The notes under the pieces are model-generated. The model was not told where the DNA came from. It was given only the letters and a program-made list of their open reading frames with translations, and made no database searches. A program made the position numbers and the translations under genes. A stretch of DNA of 64,000 bases from an uncultured delta proteobacterium (GTDB lineage: Bacteria; Myxococcota_A; Polyangia; Polyangiales; Polyangiaceae): contig CAWAIF010000002.1 of assembly GCA_963782055.1 (NCBI GenBank), positions 288,001-352,000 on the forward strand, written 5' to 3'. The number at the start of each line of letters is the position of its first letter. Position 1 is the stretch's first letter. Of this stretch, positions 1-7,617 are shown piece by piece.

Positions 1-189
1 GGCCTGAGCCTTGGCACGCTCCGCCTTCAGCGCGGCGCCCTTGGCGGTGGCCTGCTTGACCCGGACGCCGATGAGCACGGCGAGGCCCAGCAGCAGCGCG
101 GCGCCCACGGCAGCGGCGATGCGCATGCTGGTCTTCCCGGCGGCGGGCGGCCGGGTCTCTTGCTCCAGTCCGGGAAGCGTCATGGTCAT
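1..189 (-). CDS. Partial CDS (N-terminus, runs off window): single-TM protein, plausibly an efflux membrane-fusion subunit
   Basis: Manual translation MTMTLPGLEQETRPPAAGKTSMRIAAAVGAALLLGLAVLIGVRVKQATAKG...; ATG overlaps the TetR stop (ATGA); one hydrophobic segment. Product inferred from the TetR context only. Confidence 0.5.
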   Translation of the reverse strand, partial: MTMTLPGLEQETRPPAAGKTSMRIAAAVGAALLLGLAVLIGVRVKQATAKGAALKAERAKAQA

Positions 190-911
190 CCTCTCGAGTG
201 GGAAGTGCGCGCGCGTTTGCGCGCGGAAGGACGTGAGGCAGGGGCGACTCCGGACACGCGGCGCGCCGGCCGCGGCTCCCGGGCGGGAGCTGGCCGGCGC
301 AGGGCGTCGACGAGCGCGTCGGCGCCCAGGCCCGAGATGAACAGGCGCTGGGCGTCGTCCACCACGCGCGCGATGGGCGGCGCCTTCTCCTCGCTCACCA
401 TGCGCCGCACCAGCTCGCGGTACCCGCCGCAGATCATCGTCGCGGCCACGCCGGCGTCGACGTCGTCGCGGAAGAGCCCGCGCGCGCGCAGCGCGCTGAT
501 CCAGCTCTCGGCGTTGCGCTTGGTGCCCTCCAGGAACGCGTCCAGCACGTAGCGGTGCGCGCCGGTGCAGTCGTCGACGATGCGCAGGAGCGCGCGGTTT
601 TGCCAGAAGAACTCGAAGGTGAGCCGGTCCTGCTCGCGCATGAACTCCAGCACCGCGTGGGGGTCGTCGGGCAGGTTCTCGGCGTCGCCGGGCGCGGGGA
701 TGAGGGCGCTGCACCGCGCCAGGAAGGACTCCACCACCTGGCGGAACGCCTCCTCCTTGCTCTCGAAGTGAAGGTAGAAGGCGCCCTTCGACAGGCCCGC
801 GCGGCGGGTGATCTCCTCCACCTTCGCGTCGGCCAGGCCGCGCTCGGCGAAGACCTCCTCCGCCTTGCGGAGCAGGGTGACCTTGGCCATGACGTCGGCC
901 GTGCGGGACAT
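186..911 (-). CDS. TetR/AcrR family transcriptional regulator
   Basis: HTH motif AEEVFAERGLADAKVEEITRRAGLSKGAFYLHFESKEEAF; start chosen at ATG 911, preceded by purine-rich GAGGGAGAAAG. Confidence 0.93.
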   Translation of the reverse strand: MSRTADVMAKVTLLRKAEEVFAERGLADAKVEEITRRAGLSKGAFYLHFESKEEAFRQVVESFLARCSALIPAPGDAENLPDDPHAVLEFMREQDRLTFEFFWQNRALLRIVDDCTGAHRYVLDAFLEGTKRNAESWISALRARGLFRDDVDAGVAATMICGGYRELVRRMVSEEKAPPIARVVDDAQRLFISGLGADALVDALRRPAPAREPRPARRVSGVAPASRPSARKRARTSHSRG

Positions 912-973
912 CGCGCTTTCTCCCTCTCGGTGGGCGCCCGGTGCGGCTGGCCTGCGCGGCCGCCGCGGGGCGT

Positions 974-1018
974 TAGTTGACTCGCCGGTCACTATAGAGG
1001 CCGGCTGGCCCGCGGCAA
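974..1018 (-). promoter_or_regulatory. Putative sigma70 promoter (TTGCCG-N16-TATAGT) with adjacent TGAC-N6-GTCA palindrome, candidate TetR operator
   Basis: Minus-strand -35-like 1018-1013 and -10-like 996-991; palindrome TGAC(978-981)/GTCA(988-991). Confidence 0.45.
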
Positions 1019-1067
1019 GGGACGCGCCCGCGAAGAAGTGCAAAGCAGGCGTGGTATGGGTGAACGG

Positions 1068-1460
1068 ATGTCCCGCTTCGCGGTCGGCCTCGTCGGTGCG
1101 CTCGCAACAGCCACCTGGCTCGCCGGCTGCCCCGCCCCCCCTCCCGGTCTGGAGATCGTGCCTGTGCCCGCCTCGGCCTACCTGCCCTGGGATGGTGGTC
1201 ACCTCGAGGCGGGCGCGGGCGACGCCGCGCGGGAGGCGGCGGTCCCGGTCGTCGTGTGCGTCGCCACCCCGGACGAGGCGCCGCCGGAGGCTGAGGCGGC
1301 GGACGACTACGAGGAGTGCGCGGCGGTGTATCAGGGCCACGGCTTCGACCCCGAGGCGACCGAGCACCACCGTGGCCACGGCGAGGCGGTCTGCTGCTAC
1401 CACCGCGGGCACACGCACCGGTCCAACAAGCGGGTGATCCGCCTCGCGCCCATGGACTGA
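1068..1460 (+). CDS. Hypothetical lipoprotein with Cys/His-rich C-terminus
   Basis: MSRFAVGLVGALATATWLAGC lipobox-like leader; C-terminal CCYHRGHTH. Confidence 0.65.
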   Translation: MSRFAVGLVGALATATWLAGCPAPPPGLEIVPVPASAYLPWDGGHLEAGAGDAAREAAVPVVVCVATPDEAPPEAEAADDYEECAAVYQGHGFDPEATEHHRGHGEAVCCYHRGHTHRSNKRVIRLAPMD

Positions 1461-1516
1461 ACGTGGAGTGAACGGCGGGCCAAAACTTGGCCCACGCTTG
1501 CCCGCCGTGCGAACCG

Positions 1517-3952
1517 ATGGCCATGACGGCACGAAGCGAGCCCGAGCTCGTCGCGCTGCGCAAGCTGGCCGAGCAACTCTCGGCCCGGCGCAAGGAGAAG
1601 ACCACCACGTGCCACATGCTCGCCGCGATCGCGTCGGGCCCCAGCCACGCCTCGGAGCTGCTCCGTGAGCGAAGGCTGGACGTGGACGTCCTGCTGCGCG
1701 CCGCTCGGGTGCTGACCGACGACGCGCCCGACGCCATCCCCCGCGCTGTGCAGCGGGCGCGCGAGTTCGCCTCCCGATCCGGCGCCCGCAACCCGGCCGC
1801 CATCCACATGCTCTATGCGCTCTGCCAGGACAAGGCGAGCGCCGCGATGCGCACGCTCGTCCAGTGCGGCACCGACGTGGCGCGGCTGCGGACGTCCGCC
1901 ATGCAGCTCGCGGTCGGCATCGCGCCGGCGCGCCGCCCGGTGCCTCCCTCCGCGCCCCCCAGCGTGGCAGCCTTCGACCAGGCGCTCCGGCAGCGGGAGA
2001 CCATCGCCCCGCCGCGCCCCGCGGCGCCGCGCAAGGAGCCGCGCATCCCGCCCCCGCCGCCCCTCCCGACCTTCGCGCCCCCGCGTCCGGTCGCCGCCCC
2101 GCCGAAGAAGAAGCGGGCTCACGCCCCGGCGGACGCCAAGCGCTTCCTGCTGGAGCCCAAGCGCTTCCCCACCCTCGCCCAGGTCGGCAAGAACCTCACC
2201 TTCGCCGCCGCGTGCGGCGAGCTCGACCCGGTCGTGGGGCGCGGGGACGTCATCGAGCGCACGCTCGACGTGCTCGCCAAGCGCCACGCGAGCTGCCCGT
2301 GCCTCGTCGGCGCGGCGGGCGTCGGCAAGACCAGCGTGGTGCGCGGCCTGGCGCTGCGCATCGCCGCCGGCGAGGGCGTCGCCTCCCTGGACGACCGGAT
2401 CGTGGTGGAGGTGCCCCCCGCCGCGCTCTTCGCCGGCACCGGCGTGCGCGGGTCGCTCGCCGAGCGCATCGGTCAGATCAAGAACGAGGTGAAGGCGGCC
2501 GGGGGCCGGGTGGTGCTCTTCTTCGACGAGATCCACGCGCTCTTCGGGCAGGACGGCGGCGAGGAGGCCACGAGCGAGCTGAAGATGGCGCTCGCCAAGG
2601 GCGAGCTGCCCTGCATCGGCGCCACCACCTTCGAGGAGTACAAGCGCGTCATCGACGCCGACCCCGCGCTGGCTCGGCGCTTCTCCGTGGTGGAGGTGGA
2701 CGAGCCCTCCCCCGAGGAGGCGTTCATGGCGCTGGAGGGCATCCTCCCCGCCTTCGAGAAGCACCACGACACGCGCTACGCGAAGGAGGCGCTCGCCGCG
2801 TCGGTCAACTGGAGCGTTCGCTACGTCCCCTCCCGCGCGCTGCCCGACAAGGCGGTGAGCATCCTGGACCTCGCGGGGGCGCGCGCGCGCCGCCGCAGCA
2901 TCGAGGAGGTGACCGACGAGCTGGTCGCCGAGGTGGTCAGCGAGATGGCGCACGTGCCCGTCGAGCGCCTGCTGGAGACCGACGGCGAGCGCATGCTGCG
3001 CATGGAGTCCATGCTCGCGGAGCGCGTCGTCGGGCACACCGACGCCCTGGCCCGCATCGCCGCGGTGCTCCGGCGCAACGCCTCTGGCTTCCGCGCGCGC
3101 CGCCCCATCGGCTCCTTTCTGCTGCTCGGACCGACGGGCGTCGGCAAGACGGAGACGGCCAAGGCGATCGCCGAGTGTCTCTTCTTCTCCCCCGACGCGA
3201 TGACCCGCCTGGACATGTCGGAGTACGCCGAGCCGCACGCCATCGCGCGGCTGGTGGGCGCGCCGCCGGGCTACGTCGGGCACGAGTCGGGCGGGCAGCT
3301 CACCGAGGCGCTGCGCCGCCGGCCGTACCAGGTGGTGCTGCTCGACGAGATCGAGAAGGCGCATCGCGACGTGCTGGAGGCCTTCCTGCAGGTCTTCGAC
3401 GAGGGACGGCTGACCGACGGCCGCGGGCGGACCGTCGACTTCACCAACGCGGTCATCCTGCTCACCTCCAACATCGGAGCCAGCATCGCGATGCCGGGCC
3501 ACGGGACGCGCGGGCGCGTCGGCTTCCACGCCGCCCGGAGCGTGGAGCGTGAGCGGGCGAGCTACCAGGACTCGGTGGTCCTCGCCGCGCGCGAGGCGCT
3601 CCCACCGGAGCTGTACAACCGCCTCGACGAGGTGCTGGCCTTCGCCCCGCTCACCCGCGAGGACGTCAAGGAGGTCGCGCGCCGTATGATCGCGGTGCTG
3701 CGCTCCGAGCTCCGGCTGCGGCGCGGCGTCGACCTGGACGTGAGTGATCCGGCGCTGGACGCGCTGCTCGCCGGCGGCGGCTTCGACCCCTCGCTCGGGG
3801 CGCGGCCGATGCGCCGGGCGATCGGCCGCCTGATCGAGGCGCCGCTCTCCGAGATGCTGCTGCGCGCCGAGGTCACTCGCGGGGACGTCATCACCGTCGA
3901 CGTGGAGGACGGCCGGATCGTGGTGGACGCCATCACCCCGCGCGTCGCCTGA
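1517..3952 (+). CDS. ATP-dependent Clp protease ATP-binding subunit (ClpA/ClpC-like, two NBDs)
   Basis: NBD1 GAAGVGKT / LFFDEIH / CIGATT / RALPDKA; NBD2 GPTGVGKTE / RLDMSEY / GAPPGYVG / LLDEIEKAH / GARPMRR; RVGF ClpP-loop-like motif. Start 1517 or 1523. Confidence 0.93.
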   Translation: MAMTARSEPELVALRKLAEQLSARRKEKTTTCHMLAAIASGPSHASELLRERRLDVDVLLRAARVLTDDAPDAIPRAVQRAREFASRSGARNPAAIHMLYALCQDKASAAMRTLVQCGTDVARLRTSAMQLAVGIAPARRPVPPSAPPSVAAFDQALRQRETIAPPRPAAPRKEPRIPPPPPLPTFAPPRPVAAPPKKKRAHAPADAKRFLLEPKRFPTLAQVGKNLTFAAACGELDPVVGRGDVIERTLDVLAKRHASCPCLVGAAGVGKTSVVRGLALRIAAGEGVASLDDRIVVEVPPAALFAGTGVRGSLAERIGQIKNEVKAAGGRVVLFFDEIHALFGQDGGEEATSELKMALAKGELPCIGATTFEEYKRVIDADPALARRFSVVEVDEPSPEEAFMALEGILPAFEKHHDTRYAKEALAASVNWSVRYVPSRALPDKAVSILDLAGARARRRSIEEVTDELVAEVVSEMAHVPVERLLETDGERMLRMESMLAERVVGHTDALARIAAVLRRNASGFRARRPIGSFLLLGPTGVGKTETAKAIAECLFFSPDAMTRLDMSEYAEPHAIARLVGAPPGYVGHESGGQLTEALRRRPYQVVLLDEIEKAHRDVLEAFLQVFDEGRLTDGRGRTVDFTNAVILLTSNIGASIAMPGHGTRGRVGFHAARSVERERASYQDSVVLAAREALPPELYNRLDEVLAFAPLTREDVKEVARRMIAVLRSELRLRRGVDLDVSDPALDALLAGGGFDPSLGARPMRRAIGRLIEAPLSEMLLRAEVTRGDVITVDVEDGRIVVDAITPRVA

Positions 3953-4097
3953 GACCCCACGACGGCGGACTGCAAGCATGCTGACGATTGGGCGGGGGGA
4001 CCCACCAGTCTGTCGCACCACCCCGGTCGAGAGTCGAGTAGTCTGGGCATGGACTCTGCTAGTGGGGGCCCACACGTCCATTGGGAGGATGACTTCG

Positions 4098-5090
4098 ATG
4101 CGAAAGCGCGGCTTTTTGTTGGCTCCTTTGACCGGGGTGATAACCGGCGTTTACGTCTTCACCGTGACTGGGTCGGCCTTCGCGCAGGTGGTGGTGGCGC
4201 CGCCGCCGCCCGTGCCCATCACCGGCACCGTCCACGTCAACGTGCAGGCGGGCGGTGGGGCTCCCGCCGCGCCCCCGGCCACCAGTGGCGACGACACCGT
4301 CTACCTCCGCGACGGCGGCATGATCCGCGGCACCATCATGGAGGTCATCCCGGGCAACCACGTGACCGTGCAGCTCGCCAACGGGCAGATCGCGACAATC
4401 CGCTGGGATGTCATCGACCGCATCGACCGCCACAGCCAGGCCGCGCCCCCCACGGTCGTGAACAACCCCACGCCGGTGACCACCGTCCCCGCCATCACCG
4501 GCAACGCCACGGTGCACATGGAGGGCAACGAGGACGTCGTCCTGGAGCAGCTCTCCGGCGGCGGCAACTGGCGGCAGGTGTGCGGTCCGCCCTGCGATCG
4601 CCCGCTCCCGCTCGATCCGCTCTACCGTATCACCGGCCCGGGCACGCGCCCGTCCAAGCCCTTCCAGCTCCAGGCGGACAACGGGCAGCGCGTCGTGCTG
4701 GACGTGCACCGCGCCTCCAGCGGCGGCTTCGCCGGCGGCATCGTCCTCATCTCGCTCGGCAGCGCCGCCACCTTCGTCGGCCTCATCGTGATGCTCGTCG
4801 GCGCCGCGGAGCAGGATCTCGGCGCCGGCGGCGGCACTCTGGCCACCGGGTTCATCATCACGGGCGTCGGCGTGGCCAGCCTCGTCGTGGGCATCGTGCT
4901 CACCGTCGCCAACAAGCACTCCAGCGTTGCGCAGTCCATCGCGGCGAACGCCGATCTCACCGGGCCGAAGGTGGCCCGGCTGCTCGGCACGCCGGAGAGG
5001 CGCGCGCCCGCGTGGTTCGACGGCGTCAACCACACCGCCGACAGCACGCCGGCCTCGCCCGTCGTGCCCATCTTCAGCCACGCCTTCTGA
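4098..5090 (+). CDS. Hypothetical exported protein with Gly-rich hydrophobic hairpin and C-terminal Phe
   Basis: GGAGG RBS at 4084-4088; signal peptide ending ...SAFAQ; two Gly-rich hydrophobic helices near the C-terminus; ends PIFSHAF. Confidence 0.7.
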   Translation: MRKRGFLLAPLTGVITGVYVFTVTGSAFAQVVVAPPPPVPITGTVHVNVQAGGGAPAAPPATSGDDTVYLRDGGMIRGTIMEVIPGNHVTVQLANGQIATIRWDVIDRIDRHSQAAPPTVVNNPTPVTTVPAITGNATVHMEGNEDVVLEQLSGGGNWRQVCGPPCDRPLPLDPLYRITGPGTRPSKPFQLQADNGQRVVLDVHRASSGGFAGGIVLISLGSAATFVGLIVMLVGAAEQDLGAGGGTLATGFIITGVGVASLVVGIVLTVANKHSSVAQSIAANADLTGPKVARLLGTPERRAPAWFDGVNHTADSTPASPVVPIFSHAF

Positions 5091-5103
5091 CGCGAGGCTC
5101 GCC

Positions 5104-7434
5104 TCAGGCCCGCTCGGGCATCTGCTCGATGGCGCGGCGATAGCGATCGCGCCGCGCGCCGTCGCCCAAGATCTCGTAGGCCTCCTCGAGGACGGCGATG
5201 ATCTTTCGCACGTCGTCGGCGAGGTCGGCGAGGTGCGGGGTGAGCAGTCGCGAAGGCTCGAAGGCGCGTCGCAGGTCCACGTAGGCGCGCCGCACCTCGT
5301 AGCCCGTGGCGTTGCGCGGCACGCCCAGCACGGCGAAGTAGTCACCCTCCTCCACCAGCTCCAGCCGCGCCCGGATGCGATCGCGCACCGCGTCCTCGTC
5401 CAGCGCGTCGGGCGCGCGCTCCGGCCGGCCCCCCGGGCGGCGCTCCAGGACCGAGCGGACGATGTCCACCACGCCCAGCAGGAACAGTCCGTAAAGCACC
5501 GAGGCGATGTCGGTCTCCGGGTAGGCCGCCACCACCGCGTCGACGCGCTGCCCGCGCGAGCGCTCGATGGCGTCCAGCTCGGCGGGGCCCAGGCCGCACT
5601 CGCTGAGCAGCGCCTCGCGCGCGCCGGGCGCGACCTGCGACGCGCGCCCGCCGACGCCCGCGAGCGCGTACTCGGTGCCGATGGTGCGACGCACCACCTC
5701 CACGAAGACCTCCGCCCCGGCCGACCCGCCGAAGACGCTGGGCTCGCTCTTGAGGCGGCCGGGCGGCTCCGGGTCCAGCATGCTGGTGCCACGGTCGATG
5801 CCGATCACGTGACCCATCAACCATTCCGCGTGGGCGCGGAGCACCGGCCAGAGCTGGTCCTGCCCCAGCACGCCCTGCGCGACCAGCGCCGCGCCGGCGT
5901 GGCGCCCGTAGGGTGGCATGCGGCCGGCGAGCTGCTCCACGCGCTCGCGCGGGAGGTCGCCCCGCGCGCCGAGGAAGGTGAGCAGCGACTCGCCATCCAC
6001 GCCCGACGCGGCGGTCACCACGTCGCCCTCCCGCAGCACGATGCGGCGGACGCCCTGCATCGTCTCGAAGGTGAGCGCGCCGCTCTGCCGCGTGGCCACC
6101 GCCTGCGCGAGCACCCGCGCGGCGTCTCCGGCGCCGAGCACCTGCGGGGCGATGACGGGCACCGGCACGCTCTCTGCGCGCAGCGACGCCTCCGGCATCG
6201 ACGGCGGCGACTCGGCGGGGGGCGGCTGCTGCGGCGGCTGCGGCGGCGACGCGACCGGCGGCTGCGGTAGACCCTGCAGGCTCTGCGGGGGAAGGAGCAT
6301 CCCGCCGGCCTGCACCAGCAGCTCGCTGCCGAGCGTGGACGAGAGGATGCTGGGCGGCACACCCGCGTAGATGGGCGGGGGCACCGAGCTGGGCGGCCGC
6401 CGCGGGGGCGTCGTCGGCGAGGTGGAGGTGGACACACCGAAGGCCGGCGGCGATCCTGGTGCGAACGACGGGTCCGGGCGGGATCCCGCAGACATGTCGC
6501 CGCGGGTGGCCACACCCGTCGCCGCCGCGCTGGTCGTGGGCGAGGCGGGCTCGCCCTGCGTCTTGGGGTGGGCGATGCCGTCGCTGGTCAGCGCTTCGGC
6601 GGGCGGGGGTGGGAGCTGACTCCGCCGCCCGGTGGTGGCGCTTCCGCCCGAGGTCGTACCCGGCGCGCTCCCCTCGAGCTCCTCGTCGTCGTCGTCGTCC
6701 TCGATGGGCTCGTCCAGCGCGGAGAGCACCTCCTCCGGCAGCACCGCGTCGAGCTCCTCCTCCGGCGAGGGCGCCGTGGGCGCGTCGCTCGGGAGCTTCT
6801 GCGCGGAGACGCGCGCCTCCGCCTGCGCGAGGAGCTCGGAGAGCTCGGGAGAGAGTGGTCCCTGCACCGCCATGGAGGCCGGCTCCTGCGACACCGGCGG
6901 CGGGACCGACGGCGGCCTGACCGAGACGGGCGCGGGTGGGGGATCCGACCGGCGCGTGCTCGTCGGCTCGGAGGTGGCCGGGGCCTCCTCCGCGCGCGCC
7001 TCGGGCGGCGCCTCCCACCCCGCCTCCTCCTCCGGGGCGTCGCCGGTGAGGAGCGTCTGGATCTTCTTCACCAGCGACGGCACCTGCACCGGCCGCGGGA
7101 AGAAGCCGCTGCCCTCGTGCGCCAGGGCGTCCTCGGCGGTGGAGAGCGCCGCCCCGGCGCGCCCGCAGAAGATGACGTCGATGGACTCGCTGTTGGGCAA
7201 CTCGCGCATGCGCGCCACCGCGTCCAGCGCGCCCTCGGCGTCGGCGTCCAGGATGACCACCCGCGGGCGCTGCACCGCCACGCGCGCCACGAGCATGGAC
7301 AGGGGGACGTCGACGACGCGCAGACCCGCCTCGCGCAGCGCCTGCGAGACGCGCTCGGCCTCCACCGAAGGGTCGCTCACGAAGACCGTCGGCGCGTCGG
7401 CGGGCTTCGCGGCCTGGTCCTCGCCCTCGCTCAT
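5104..7434 (-). CDS. Receiver-like domain, Pro/acidic linker, DUF4388-like domain and degenerate J domain
   Basis: N-terminal VFVSD...QRPRVVILD...IFCG receiver-like pattern; TRQSGALTF...RRIVLREGDVVTAAS typical of DUF4388; C-terminal DYFAVLGVPRNATGYEVRRAY..LRRAFEPSR. Confidence 0.8.
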   Translation of the reverse strand: MSEGEDQAAKPADAPTVFVSDPSVEAERVSQALREAGLRVVDVPLSMLVARVAVQRPRVVILDADAEGALDAVARMRELPNSESIDVIFCGRAGAALSTAEDALAHEGSGFFPRPVQVPSLVKKIQTLLTGDAPEEEAGWEAPPEARAEEAPATSEPTSTRRSDPPPAPVSVRPPSVPPPVSQEPASMAVQGPLSPELSELLAQAEARVSAQKLPSDAPTAPSPEEELDAVLPEEVLSALDEPIEDDDDDEELEGSAPGTTSGGSATTGRRSQLPPPPAEALTSDGIAHPKTQGEPASPTTSAAATGVATRGDMSAGSRPDPSFAPGSPPAFGVSTSTSPTTPPRRPPSSVPPPIYAGVPPSILSSTLGSELLVQAGGMLLPPQSLQGLPQPPVASPPQPPQQPPPAESPPSMPEASLRAESVPVPVIAPQVLGAGDAARVLAQAVATRQSGALTFETMQGVRRIVLREGDVVTAASGVDGESLLTFLGARGDLPRERVEQLAGRMPPYGRHAGAALVAQGVLGQDQLWPVLRAHAEWLMGHVIGIDRGTSMLDPEPPGRLKSEPSVFGGSAGAEVFVEVVRRTIGTEYALAGVGGRASQVAPGAREALLSECGLGPAELDAIERSRGQRVDAVVAAYPETDIASVLYGLFLLGVVDIVRSVLERRPGGRPERAPDALDEDAVRDRIRARLELVEEGDYFAVLGVPRNATGYEVRRAYVDLRRAFEPSRLLTPHLADLADDVRKIIAVLEEAYEILGDGARRDRYRRAIEQMPERA

Positions 7435-7577
7435 GCGCCCCGCGGCCCTCCGGGCCCCGGACGCGAGCCCCGGCTCCGGCCGAGCCGGTCGGCCCAGCGA
7501 GGCACCAGCAACGCGCCGTAGCTCAGCGCGAAGATGAAGGCGACGAGCGCGATCTCTCCACGGGTCATGCCGAACAT
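7431..7577 (-). CDS. Small TatA/E-like single-pass membrane protein (48 aa; absent from ORF track)
   Basis: MFGMTRGEIALVAFIFALSYGALLVPRWADRLGRSRGSRPGPGGPRGA resembles the TatA pattern MFG...E....(F/Y)G...P....LG; stop overlaps the next ATG (ATGA). Confidence 0.6.
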   Translation of the reverse strand: MFGMTRGEIALVAFIFALSYGALLVPRWADRLGRSRGSRPGPGGPRGA

Positions 7578-7617
7578 TGCCGCCAATGTACCAAAGGTTG
7601 GCGCCGGCCGCGCCCGG

